Positions 21,472 through 32,094 of a DNA stretch of 64,000 bases are shown here, one piece after another; position 1 is the first letter of the stretch; every line of letters starts with the position of its first letter. The translations under genes were made by a program, and so were the position numbers. The notes beneath the pieces were generated by a model. It was not told the origin of the DNA. It ran no database searches and saw only the letters and a program-made list of their open reading frames with translations. Source of the DNA: Blepharisma stoltei ATCC 30299 (lineage: Eukaryota > Protista > Ciliophora); assembly GCA_965603825.1 (NCBI GenBank), contig CBFDEM010000014.1:124001-188000 (forward strand), given 5' to 3'.

Positions 21472-23946
21472 TTATCTTTGCCTACGAGCTGGAGTTGTAT
21501 TGTCTCCTGCCCAACCTTTCTCATAGCTTTTTCCATCGAAATTCCATGAATTTCTCATCATAAGCTCGAAATATCTATCATCATCAATAGATGCAGAAAC
21601 GTGAGCATAATACTCCATGAATTCTTCCAAAGTCACTCTGTGATCTCTTGTATTTTCTTTAAACGTCGCATGGTGAGTCTCAAAAGTGTCTAAAAATTCG
21701 CAAAGTATATCTTCTTCAGTCTTTTTGCCTGCCCTTACATCAGGATGGCTCCTGGCGTTATAAACACCTTTAATGTCATCGATTTCTACAATTCCATTTC
21801 CATTGCTATCAAGTTTATTAAAAGCTTGAGTTACCAGCTGCTTTCTTCCATTATTCATAGGCCCTCTCAATCTATGAATAAATTCTTCATAGTCAATAGT
21901 CCCACTATTATCAGCATCAAAATGATTAAACAGCTTCCTCAAGTCTTTTTCTTCAAAGTCAACCCTAAAATCTCTCATAGCTTTCAAAAATTCATTATAA
22001 TCTAAATTTCCTGAACCATCATCATCAATTATTTTGAAATTTCTAGCAATTCCGACAAAACCTCGAGCTCCTCTTGCAGCAAGTCTTGATCTTAAATTTT
22101 CTAAAATTTCATCAATTGTAGGGTTTGCTGAGCGTGGCTGAGACTCAGTGACGTCCACATCTCTTCTTGGTACTCCATAGGTTTCTGATGTCCCATATGG
22201 GGCAGTGCTGGCTACACTTTTGCCTAGCGCAGCACTTGGGTGGTTTGCTAATAAATAAGCACGTTTGCTGTCAGGTGAAAACCCTTTGGAAGATCCTGCA
22301 TATGCACCTCTTCCTGAATCTTGTTGAAGCTTCCATGCATTATTCATCATCAATTCAAAATATCTGTCATCATCAATGCTTGCAGATACATTATTATAAT
22401 ACTCTTCAAACTCTTCTCTTGTAATGTTCCTATCCCTCTTTGACAAATCACTAATATTATGATGAGTCTCAAAAGTTTCCAAAAATTCCCCAAGGACTTC
22501 ATTTTCTGTTTTTTTGCCAGCTCTTACATCAGGATGATTTTTCGCTGAATAAACCCCTTTTAAGTCTTCAATGTCAATAACCCCACTTTTATCCCTATCA
22601 AGCTTATTCCAAGCTTGTCCTACAACTCCTCTTCTAAATGAGTTCATAGGTCCTCTTATACCTCTGATAAGTTCATCATAATCAATAATCCCACTTCTAT
22701 CCCTGTCAAGTGCGTTGAATAATTTTTCTATATCTTCGTCTTCTATATCGATTCTGAAATCTCTGCATCCTTTTCTAAACTCTCCTAGACTAATAGTTCC
22801 TGAATTATCGTCGTCCATAATCTTAAATTGCCTAGCAATCCCTATAATTCCTCTTGCCCCTCTTGTAGCTAGTTTATTTCTGAATCTTTCAAGTAGCATT
22901 TCTACACTTCTCTGATTAAGAGGAGGAGCAGGAGGTAAAAGTCCAGGAGAATTCTTAGCTGGCTTTGAAAACCCTTTATTACCATCTTCATTAGCCCAAG
23001 CTTTATTTTTGGTATAGGCTGGAGCTTCATTAAGTTTCCAGGTATTTGACATCATCAATTCAAAGTACTGATCATTATCTACACTAGCTGAAATATTATT
23101 GTAATATTCCAAGAATTCTTCTCTTGTCACTTTTCTATCCCTGGTTCCACCAATATTATGATGCATTTCAAAAGTTTCTAAAAATTCGCCTAAAACGTCG
23201 TCTTCTGTTTTCCTGCCACTTCTTACATCAGGGTGGCCTCTTGCATTATAAAAGCCTTTAATATCTTCGATATCTAGGATCCCTGAATGGTCTGAGTCAA
23301 GCTTGTCAAAAGCTCTATTAACTAAAGCAATCCTAAAATCATTCATTGGCCCTCTGACTGCTCTTAAAAACTCATCATAGTCTATTTCTCCTGATCTATC
23401 TCTGTCTATCAAGTTAAAAACAGCCTGAAGCTCGTTTTCTCTTATATCAACTCTAAAATCCCTGATAGCTTTAGAAAACTCATAAAAATCAAGGTAGCCA
23501 GACCCATCGTCGTCCATGATTTTAAACTGCCGAGCTAAGCCCATGATGCCTCTTCCTCCTCTTGCAGCAAGTCTTTCTCTTATTTTTTCTATGCCAGCTT
23601 GGCCATCTTGTACAAGCTGATTCAGCGTTTTCTGAGAAGTTCCAGGTCTTCCAGTGATACTTTGGTTATTAAAAATCGCAGCTACGAATTCTTTATAGTC
23701 TAAAGCTCCAGAATGGTCTGTGTCATAGAATCTAAAAAGGTCTTCCAGCATCCTTTGGTTTGGGACGACAAGACCGATTTTCTCAATGGCTTTTGTCCAT
23801 TCGTCTAATGATACTGTTTCACTGTTATCAAGGTCAAAATATTTGAAGGCTCTGAGGAGGACTGTTTCTTCAGAGACGTGAGAGGTTGATTTTTGTTGGA
23901 GCTTGGCTCGGAGCTCGTTTTCAAATTGCTGACGATAGTTGTCCAT
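21472..23946 (-). CDS. Calcyphosin-like multi-EF-hand protein with three calcyphosin modules
   Basis: Three copies of RLAARG.RG..G.AR.FKI.DDD.SG...HPDVR.G.KTE...FL.TFE...YY...SAS.D.D.YFELMM.N.W plus an N-terminal EF-hand pair. Confidence 0.92.
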   Translation of the reverse strand: MDNYRQQFENELRAKLQQKSTSHVSEETVLLRAFKYFDLDNSETVSLDEWTKAIEKIGLVVPNQRMLEDLFRFYDTDHSGALDYKEFVAAIFNNQSITGRPGTSQKTLNQLVQDGQAGIEKIRERLAARGGRGIMGLARQFKIMDDDGSGYLDFYEFSKAIRDFRVDIRENELQAVFNLIDRDRSGEIDYDEFLRAVRGPMNDFRIALVNRAFDKLDSDHSGILDIEDIKGFYNARGHPDVRSGRKTEDDVLGEFLETFEMHHNIGGTRDRKVTREEFLEYYNNISASVDNDQYFELMMSNTWKLNEAPAYTKNKAWANEDGNKGFSKPAKNSPGLLPPAPPLNQRSVEMLLERFRNKLATRGARGIIGIARQFKIMDDDNSGTISLGEFRKGCRDFRIDIEDEDIEKLFNALDRDRSGIIDYDELIRGIRGPMNSFRRGVVGQAWNKLDRDKSGVIDIEDLKGVYSAKNHPDVRAGKKTENEVLGEFLETFETHHNISDLSKRDRNITREEFEEYYNNVSASIDDDRYFELMMNNAWKLQQDSGRGAYAGSSKGFSPDSKRAYLLANHPSAALGKSVASTAPYGTSETYGVPRRDVDVTESQPRSANPTIDEILENLRSRLAARGARGFVGIARNFKIIDDDGSGNLDYNEFLKAMRDFRVDFEEKDLRKLFNHFDADNSGTIDYEEFIHRLRGPMNNGRKQLVTQAFNKLDSNGNGIVEIDDIKGVYNARSHPDVRAGKKTEEDILCEFLDTFETHHATFKENTRDHRVTLEEFMEYYAHVSASIDDDRYFELMMRNSWNFDGKSYEKGWAGDNTTPARRQR

Positions 23947-24374
23947 TTAATTATTTGCATAATAAAATGATGGTTTAAGAAGTTTTTTATGAAGCCATTA
24001 CAAAGGATATTGTTGGGATTTTGGATTTAGGAGAGATTTGAGTGAAGAAAATGCTTAAGAGCCTTAAATAAGGACAAATAATTGGTAAATAAACTTATAA
24101 AGAAATTTAAGAAGTAATTAAATATATAAAGTTATATTGGATTTGTATAAAACTGTATTGTTTTATTGAAATTAAGTTGGATTACTCAATTTTAGAAGAT
24201 GCTATATAAATGCTTTAATTAGTAACCCAAAGTTAATTTTTTTGATAATTCTTTTTATATACATACAATTTTAAATATAAATTCAGCTTTCTTATTCTTT
24301 TTAACACAAATTAATTTAATCAGCAAAATCCCACTCTCCATTTACATTTTAAACTTAACGATATTTATTTAAAA

Positions 24375-24842
24375 TTAAGCAAAACTCACACCTCTAGTCC
24401 TTAGAGGTGAAAAAAACCCTTCAGGAACTATTACATTTTTCCTTAAATCTTCCATACAATCTAAAACCCTTTCCATTTTTTCCAGAGATTCATAAAATGA
24501 ATTCCGAACAGCTAATATTTGAAAGCTCAGCTTAGGCAAATTATTCGATGGAGAGCTGCTTAGAGCTCTTTTCGATCTATCCTTATTCAGCGGAAATGCT
24601 TCTTTTACTACATATTTCGCTGCGTGAGGATAGTTTTCTTTATTAGCACTTGAGGGTCTTTGTTTACAGTTTACAAGTCGCCATAAAATTTCTGATGTTT
24701 TTTTTGATTTTTGTTCAGCGTAAATTCCTTTTGTATTTTCTGTGACTTTTTCCATATCAAAAACTGGAGGTCCTGTATGCTCTTTGGCACTTACAATTCT
24801 AGGCCTGAGGAATAATGGAGGTCTGCTTCTTATACGACTCAT
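24375..24842 (-). CDS. Hypothetical basic protein
   Basis: 155-aa ATG-to-TAA ORF with coding-like GC between AT-rich spacers. Confidence 0.6.
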   Translation of the reverse strand: MSRIRSRPPLFLRPRIVSAKEHTGPPVFDMEKVTENTKGIYAEQKSKKTSEILWRLVNCKQRPSSANKENYPHAAKYVVKEAFPLNKDRSKRALSSSPSNNLPKLSFQILAVRNSFYESLEKMERVLDCMEDLRKNVIVPEGFFSPLRTRGVSFA

Positions 24843-25153
24843 TTTGAAAATTTATATTGTAGTAAATTTAAGTAGATTTCAAGATGTCAAAATCGTTAAA
24901 TTTTTGTAAGGGGTGAATTGTATTTATTTTTCCATAAAAACAGAATTTTGTGGTAAAAATCCACAATACAAGAATATTAAGCATTTTTGATAATTTCTTA
25001 ATAATTGCTCACAATTTCAATTCAATTAAGATTTAAAATCTTCGCATTTTAATATAAATAAATTTATTTATGAAGAATTAACTTTATAACTAATAAAAAG
25101 CTTGCATAAAAGTTCACAAATTTCCATAAATGACAGGCCTATAATAAAAAGGG

Positions 25154-27025
25154 ATGAACTATAACTTCAAGTCAATTCCTAGCGTGCCTAGCGCTAAAGA
25201 CCTGATTGATACAGTTCTCTCCAAAACTCAACGAAAAACACCAACTGAAATACATCCACAGGTTCAAATCGCCCGAATTCGAAAATTTTACATGAGAAAA
25301 GTCAAATTCACACAATCCACCATAGAAGAAAAGCTTGGAGAAATCCTTGAAAAATTCCCTAAGCTTGATGATATTCATCCCTTCTACGCTGATCTAATTA
25401 ATGTGCTTTACGATAAAGACCACTATAAATTAGCCCTGGGACACATTAACAAAGCTAAATCTTTAGTCGAAAGTGTGGCTAAAGACTATGTACGTATGCT
25501 TAAATATGCTGACAGTTTATATCGTGGCAAGACACTCAAAAAAGCAGCCCTAGGTCGTATGTGTACGATCTTAAAGAAGCTTAGCAACTCCCTGAACTAT
25601 TTGGACGAGGTCAGAAAGCATTTGGCAAGGCTGCCGTCTATAGACCCACACACAAGAAGTATTATCATAACAGGATATCCCAATGTAGGAAAATCCTCAT
25701 TTATGAACAATGTGACCCGTGCAAACGCTGAAGTCCAGCCATATGCATTTACAACTAAAAGCTTATTTGTTGGGCATACAGATTATGATTTTATCCCATG
25801 GCAAGTTATTGATACTCCTGGACTTCTTGACAGGCCAATAGAAGAGAGGAACATTGTAGAAATGCAAGCGATCACAGCTCTGGCACATATTAATGCGTGC
25901 ATACTTTTCTTTATTGATATTTCGGAAAAGTGTGGATATACAGTGCCTCAACAGATTCAGCTATTTGAAAGTGTTCAGCCGTTGTTTACAAATAAACCTC
26001 TTGGGATCATTATTACAAAAACTGATCTAAAAAGATGGGAAGACTTAAACCCAGAATACCAACAAAAAATCCAAGAAATTGTCCAAAAGCACAACGCCTT
26101 TATGTCTTTCATTTCTAATGAAAACAAAGAAGGAGTGATGGAATGCAGAAACCAAGCCTGCGAGCATCTCAAATCATTCAGAGAAAACGTGAAAACCAAA
26201 AAAGTTACCACCTATGGCCGCAGCATGCCTTATGTCAGTGTTCCCAGAGCTTTAAATCCATCAAGGCCTCCTCATATCCCAGATTCCGTCATTGTTGAAG
26301 CCCAAACTGGTATCAAAGCTAGAGAAGGCCCAACTCCTAAAGAAATGCAAGAACTTCAAGGCGGCGCAGGAGTCTTCGCTATTCCTCCTCAAGCTCACTT
26401 CGTAGAACTTCAAGATGATGACTGGAAATGGGACGTTATGCCAGAGGTCATGGACGGCAAAAACATTTTAGATTTCGTTGATCCTGATATTTTAGCTAAG
26501 CTAGAAGAGCTTGAAAAAGAAGAAGAAATCCAAGAAGACGCCCATGTTCCTTTAGACTATGATGAGTATAGAGACATTTACAAAGTTAAAAGAAAAATCC
26601 ATTTGAGGAGAAAAAGAATCCAGCAAGAAAGCATGATGGCTAAAGGCACATTTAAGCCAAAAAGAAAGAATTTAAGTGAGGTAGAAGAAGGGTTCAAGGA
26701 GCTTGGAATTGATCCAAGTGGATTAAAAGATGTAGTAGGGGTGAAAAGGAGAAGAAAGCCTTCACCAGAAATAGCGACAAATGTAGAAGACTTTATGGAC
26801 GTCGAAGAAGGTGACGGCGGAGAAGTGATAAAGAAAAAGCTGAAATTGAAAAATAAAGCTTTGGTCAAGGCGAGAAAACCTGGTGCAATTCAACCTAACC
26901 CAAGCAGAAAAGAGCTGAAAATCATTGGAGATGAGGCTACCAAAGCGTTTTATGACCAAAAACCTCAACATATCAAACATTTGTCAGTTGGGAAGAGAGG
27001 TATTGGAAAAACTGATAGAAGATAA
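25154..27025 (+). CDS. NOG1: Nucleolar GTP-binding protein 1
   Basis: YNFKSI..LSKTQRKTPT, GYPNVGKSS, YAFTTKSL, DTPGLLD, C-terminal GKRGIGKTDRR. Confidence 0.97.
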   Translation: MNYNFKSIPSVPSAKDLIDTVLSKTQRKTPTEIHPQVQIARIRKFYMRKVKFTQSTIEEKLGEILEKFPKLDDIHPFYADLINVLYDKDHYKLALGHINKAKSLVESVAKDYVRMLKYADSLYRGKTLKKAALGRMCTILKKLSNSLNYLDEVRKHLARLPSIDPHTRSIIITGYPNVGKSSFMNNVTRANAEVQPYAFTTKSLFVGHTDYDFIPWQVIDTPGLLDRPIEERNIVEMQAITALAHINACILFFIDISEKCGYTVPQQIQLFESVQPLFTNKPLGIIITKTDLKRWEDLNPEYQQKIQEIVQKHNAFMSFISNENKEGVMECRNQACEHLKSFRENVKTKKVTTYGRSMPYVSVPRALNPSRPPHIPDSVIVEAQTGIKAREGPTPKEMQELQGGAGVFAIPPQAHFVELQDDDWKWDVMPEVMDGKNILDFVDPDILAKLEELEKEEEIQEDAHVPLDYDEYRDIYKVKRKIHLRRKRIQQESMMAKGTFKPKRKNLSEVEEGFKELGIDPSGLKDVVGVKRRRKPSPEIATNVEDFMDVEEGDGGEVIKKKLKLKNKALVKARKPGAIQPNPSRKELKIIGDEATKAFYDQKPQHIKHLSVGKRGIGKTDRR

Positions 27026-27103
27026 ATGGCTTAAGTTTAAGTTCAAAATTTTACAAAATTCTGATTTTTCTTCTAAATTATATATTTAAGACCAATAATT
27101 AGC

Positions 27104-27946
27104 TTAATCTGAAATTAATTTTTTCTTTAATCGATTTACTTCTTCTTTGAGAAACTCCAATCTTTCCCTATCCAGCCCATATGACTTTGCTAGATAATTT
27201 TTTCTTTTATTTTTAATCACATCATACATAGACTCCATACTGAATTCCTGCCTTTTGACTGCATAAATGCTGACCCCTGTAATAAAGTTCGCTAAGGTTA
27301 TCAAGTAAGCTTGGGGCTCCATAATGTCCCATGAGTAAAAAACATAAGTGCCTGCACCTATATAAGCAAATTGCATACTGAGAATTCCAAATCCCATCCA
27401 AAAAACTCCATTAGTAAACCTTGCTGCTTTTTTATCAATTCTTTCGTCTAACTCTAGAAGCTTAATAAGCTCATTGTGATATTCATTTAAATTTTTTTGG
27501 ATTTCTAAAGGATTTTCAGTTTTTGCTCTGCCTACAGGTAAGAATTTGTTTAATGCGGCTGCTACAGAGCTTTTATCAGTTTCTTTTGAAGCTAAATTTA
27601 GATAGGAGGAGACTGAATGTACGTAGTTTTGAAGTAAATGACGGTCTTCTAAGCTTAAATTCAAGTTGTGGAAAAACTCGTTATAGTTCTCTGCTGAGTC
27701 CGCATGCAGCTCTGGGCTGATTTTAAATGAATGCCCATCCACTTCAATGAAATACGGTTCATGGAGAATTTCGCTAACTTTAGTAGTCGTGCTTATTTTC
27801 ACCCCATCAATTGATTTGAATGAAACTTGGTTAAAACCTTTCGCTGCAATGGTATCAGCTACAGTTTTGATGACCTCTGTACTAGGGAACTCAATTACTA
27901 TAGGATGGTTAGGAATTGCTAACTTAAAAACGACTTTTTTCAACAT
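27104..27946 (-). CDS. MCU: Mitochondrial calcium uniporter pore subunit
   Basis: Coiled coil followed by two TM helices flanking the selectivity filter YSWDIMEP. Confidence 0.92.
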   Translation of the reverse strand: MLKKVVFKLAIPNHPIVIEFPSTEVIKTVADTIAAKGFNQVSFKSIDGVKISTTTKVSEILHEPYFIEVDGHSFKISPELHADSAENYNEFFHNLNLSLEDRHLLQNYVHSVSSYLNLASKETDKSSVAAALNKFLPVGRAKTENPLEIQKNLNEYHNELIKLLELDERIDKKAARFTNGVFWMGFGILSMQFAYIGAGTYVFYSWDIMEPQAYLITLANFITGVSIYAVKRQEFSMESMYDVIKNKRKNYLAKSYGLDRERLEFLKEEVNRLKKKLISD

Positions 27947-28015
27947 TTGAGCTTTTTTTATTAAATATTTATTGAGTTTTATTTCTAATAAAATTCTAGC
28001 TAAAATTTGATTTTA

Positions 28016-29054
28016 TTAATAAGGTCTATAGTATCTTTCTTCTCTTGATGGACGTTTATCATTTGTTGATGAAGAGCTTTTAGACTCCACTTCTGCTTCA
28101 GCAACAGTTGCATTTCGGTCAATTCTCCATGAAATAATTGATGAATCCTCTGAGCCTGTCACTATTGTGCCGTCATATAGTGTGGCAGCTGCTCTAACTG
28201 CTTGTGTGTGGCCAACTCCTGGGTAGCATATTTTTGGGTTCCTTATGCTAGAAGCCCATAATCCTCCTCCTACTTGTATCTTACTCATGACTTCCAATCA
28301 AAATTGATTTGTCAGGGCCAAATCCTGCAGGGCCTATAAAAAAGTTGGGGTTAGGGTTGTCCATTTGAAAATCAGATATAGGGAGTTTTTGGACAACTTC
28401 AGGTGGAATCTCATTATTATCTGCATGTGGATTGTATTCCACATATCTGCTCATGGTCACACAATATACATTATTATCCACAAACCCTACCTTTAGTCCT
28501 GGCTCTTCTAAATTAAGCAATGTATAATCATCATCTTCTTCAGCTTCTATATTAATGATAGACATTAAGCTATCATCACTACAAGTGACCATAATATTAG
28601 AATAGTAAGGCGAAAGCTTTATAGAGGACACATCACTTTTGTCAGCATGAATATCTTGGTAATGCTTTTTTAATTGGAAATTCCTTATATCCCAGACTTT
28701 CATTCCTTGATTGCTACCACTGGCGAGATTGTATCCAGATGAATCAATGCAAAACCATTCGTCACGGGTTTGGATTTTATGGACTTCAGTTGAGTTTCTG
28801 ATGTCAATTATGCCTATTGCACCAGCCCGATCGCACCAAGTAATTGTATTTTCGTCAATTAAAGAAATTTCAGATAGAGTTTGTGTGGTGTTTGCGTGAA
28901 GGACTTGGAGAGTGTTGAGACCAGATGCATTGAAAATGTGAATTGTGTTTGAATGGCTGAAGCCTGCAGCAAGAAGACCGAAGTTGAGGCGAAGGTCAAC
29001 ACAGTAGTCTTCTCCTGATGCTGGCTTGATAAATCCTTGAAGTGTAAGAGCCAT
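28016..29054 (-). CDS. WD40-repeat protein, WDR89-like, with one atypical intron
   Basis: WD repeats VWDIR and HADKSDVSSI...VTCSDDS. The final blade GHTQAVR...IVTGSEDSSIISW lies in a different frame after the intron-like GTAAGATACAAGTAG(G) at 28284-28269. Confidence 0.8.
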
Positions 29055-29309
29055 TTATAATGATAAAACTCAATATATTGCCTTGATTAAAGTTTAATAA
29101 AACGTAATTAATTAAACACCTCTGATTTATAAGACAAATAACCTTATGTTTATATTATTGCTATCTATTTAACTAATATAAATTAATAAATTTAAGCATT
29201 TATTTAATTATTATTACCAAAACTTAGCCCATATAATTACAAATGCCTACCTTTTATAATCCTTTGTAAAAGAAATTAAAGCAAACTTAACAGCTTTTGA
29301 TTATTAAGT

Positions 29310-31160
29310 ATGGAAACAAATGTAAAAGTAGCGTTAAGAGTAAGACCTAAATCCCATGAAGAATATCTTCAAGGCGACGCAGTATATTGTGACGAAGATC
29401 GAGTAAGAGTCCATGATGGAGAAAAGTTCCATGAGTCTACTTATCATCATGTTTTTGATCAAAACTCAACCCAAGAAAACGTATATGAGTTCGTCGAAGA
29501 TATTATTGAAAGTGCAAAGCATGGCTATAGCTGCACAATTTTTACATATGGGCAAACTGGCTCAGGGAAAACATATACAATGTTTGGCCCTGGCTGGGAA
29601 ATTGGACTCATCCCAGATTACTCGCAATACGGTATAATCCCACGAAGTGTAAATACCATTTTCAGAGGTCAAGATTCTCAGTCCACAATTGTATGCAGCT
29701 TAATACAAATTTATAACGAAAAATTGTATGATTTACTCCAAGATGATAGGATGGAAAAACCATTGAGAATCCGAATGGATCAAACCTTTGGGGTTTATGT
29801 GGAAGGGCTAAGTGAATATGTAGTCCAAACAGTTGATGACTGTATTGCTATAATAAGAAAAGCAGAAACAAACCGTGCTGTAAGAAATACGAAAATGAAT
29901 GCAATGAGTAGCAGATCCCACATGATTTTTCAAATCGTGCTAGAAACTGACAAAGTGGACCGAGACGGCAAAATCAAGCGATCAAAAATCAATATGTGCG
30001 ATCTTGCAGGCTCAGAAAGAATTGACAAAATGAGAGGGACTAATAAATCACATCTCAGCGAATTGACAAATATCAATAAATCTCTTTCTGTGCTCGGCAT
30101 CATTATTTCAGAATTAGCTAAAGGGAAAACTAAAAGATCCTTTATTCCTTTCAGGAACTCCCAGCTTACATATCTGCTTAAAGATTCATTAGGCGGCCAC
30201 ACGAGAACTTGTCTTATAGCTACAGTTTCTCCAACCTATGATACAGTTCAAGACACTCTTCAAACCCTTAAATTCGCAAGCAAAGCCAAAGAAATCAGTG
30301 TAAACGCTAAAACCAATGAAATTTCAGCTACAGACGATAAACTGGTCCAAAGACTGCAAAGAGAAATAAAATATTTAAGGGACATTTTACATATAAAACA
30401 AACTGGAGGAGGGGTAAAAGAGCTTCATCAGAAATTAATGATACTCCAAGAGGAAAACGAAAAACTGAAAGAAATGACTCAGAATTTGACAATTCATGAT
30501 GTAGAAATTCTGAAGCAAGAAAATAAAACTATGAAATTACAGCTACAGCAGCTGACTGGGAATAATTTTTTTACTTTACCTCCTGAAGAGCCTGCGAAGC
30601 AGGCTCCTAATGATGAAATCGACAAGTTTACGGAACGCTACCATTCAGAGCACAGAGCCTCTAGTCATAACTCTTCTGCTTCTTTAAAAACTTCAAGAAC
30701 TCTTGGTACAACTCAGCTCACAAAAGAAATAGAAGTCCGTGTAAGAGGTAGAAACAGCTCAGTAGGAAAACGAGTCACAAATGTCCTCAAAACTTTTGAC
30801 GAAGAAGAAAAAGAAAAGCAGCAAAGACAAGAAAACGTCAAAAAAATGAGCCGAATGAAAACATTAGAACAAATTGAAAGTTTTAAGCTTGCCAAAGCAA
30901 AAGCTGCTATCCAAAAGCTTCAAGAAGAGAAATATAGAGTAAAATTGATTATGGGGAGAACCCAAGACCAAAGACAATGGTCAGAAATGAACGTAAAAAA
31001 TCTCTCTGATTTTGAAGAAGCTAGAAAACGAATAGAAAGAGCAGAATTGGAAAAGCAAAAAGCTCTGATGGAATTGCATAAAGTAAGGTCTAAAAGAACG
31101 CAAGCAGTGTCACTAAGTCCATTTAGAAATGATCAAGGAAACGGAGTCCTGAAAAAGTAA
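29310..31160 (+). CDS. Kinesin motor protein with coiled-coil tail
   Basis: VALRVRP, YGQTGSGKT, NAMSSRSH, DLAGSE, IPFRNSQLT. Confidence 0.95.
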   Translation: METNVKVALRVRPKSHEEYLQGDAVYCDEDRVRVHDGEKFHESTYHHVFDQNSTQENVYEFVEDIIESAKHGYSCTIFTYGQTGSGKTYTMFGPGWEIGLIPDYSQYGIIPRSVNTIFRGQDSQSTIVCSLIQIYNEKLYDLLQDDRMEKPLRIRMDQTFGVYVEGLSEYVVQTVDDCIAIIRKAETNRAVRNTKMNAMSSRSHMIFQIVLETDKVDRDGKIKRSKINMCDLAGSERIDKMRGTNKSHLSELTNINKSLSVLGIIISELAKGKTKRSFIPFRNSQLTYLLKDSLGGHTRTCLIATVSPTYDTVQDTLQTLKFASKAKEISVNAKTNEISATDDKLVQRLQREIKYLRDILHIKQTGGGVKELHQKLMILQEENEKLKEMTQNLTIHDVEILKQENKTMKLQLQQLTGNNFFTLPPEEPAKQAPNDEIDKFTERYHSEHRASSHNSSASLKTSRTLGTTQLTKEIEVRVRGRNSSVGKRVTNVLKTFDEEEKEKQQRQENVKKMSRMKTLEQIESFKLAKAKAAIQKLQEEKYRVKLIMGRTQDQRQWSEMNVKNLSDFEEARKRIERAELEKQKALMELHKVRSKRTQAVSLSPFRNDQGNGVLKK

Positions 31161-31245
31161 TTATATTGATAATGTAATAGTAGCTGCAGGAGGCTTAAAT
31201 TTTTTACATAATTAATTTTCAGAGAAATAGTGTGATATAAAGAAG

Positions 31246-32082
31246 TTAGTTAGTTGGGATATCCAAGTTATATTTTTGCACAATGTCTTTGAGCATCTTC
31301 GATTTGATAACAACAGGCTGGATTTCTTCTTCTGCTTTGCTTTCTTCTTTAAGTTTTCTATTCAATTTTCTATTTCTAAACAGCGCGCTTTCCATGCCTT
31401 TTATTTTGTTTTGTAAAGCATTTAGCCCATCTACAGTAATCAAAAGTTTTGGATTCAGCACAATGTCATTAAGTATGACTTCTTCAGTAGACAAAACTTT
31501 AAAGCCTTTAATATTCCTACTCGCAAACACAAAACCAGCAGGCAGCTCCGGCCCATGCAGCAATATAACTCTTTCTCCAAACAGCTTTGGATATGGAGCT
31601 ACCTCTTTAGTTTTTTCAGCCTCCTTCAAAATGTTATCCACAAATGTAATATTCCCTTCTGCCAACCTAGCTGATAAAAGGCACTTTAACGCTAAAAGCT
31701 TTACCTTACTGTTCATAACAAATGAATGATCTCTTGGAACTGGCCCATGAGATTTGGCACCACCTTGAAAAAGATTTGCCTGCAGTTTACCCACTCTAGC
31801 TCTACCAGACTTTTTTTGACCTCTGATTTTTGCCCCTGGCCCTGCCATTTCTCCAACTCTTCTTGATCTGTGTGTGGTCTGCCAATTCAAGCACCGATAA
31901 TAATGAAAAACATTATGAATGATATCTCTTCTTACAGGGACATTGAAAATTGTAGGGTCTAACGTGACTGTTTGCTTAGTCGGCTGAGCAGTCTTGAAAA
32001 ATACCACTGGGAACGTCAATGAAGCCTCTGTTCCTAAAGCTGGGAGCGCCCATGTTGAAAAGCACCTAAATCTTACCAACAT
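31246..32082 (-). CDS. MRPL4: Mitochondrial ribosomal protein uL4m
   Basis: IFNVPVRRDIIH, QKKSGRARVG, GGAKSHGPVPRD, KVKLLALKCLLS; transit-like N-terminus. Confidence 0.88.
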   Translation of the reverse strand: MLVRFRCFSTWALPALGTEASLTFPVVFFKTAQPTKQTVTLDPTIFNVPVRRDIIHNVFHYYRCLNWQTTHRSRRVGEMAGPGAKIRGQKKSGRARVGKLQANLFQGGAKSHGPVPRDHSFVMNSKVKLLALKCLLSARLAEGNITFVDNILKEAEKTKEVAPYPKLFGERVILLHGPELPAGFVFASRNIKGFKVLSTEEVILNDIVLNPKLLITVDGLNALQNKIKGMESALFRNRKLNRKLKEESKAEEEIQPVVIKSKMLKDIVQKYNLDIPTN

Positions 32083-32094
32083 TTATAAAGAATT

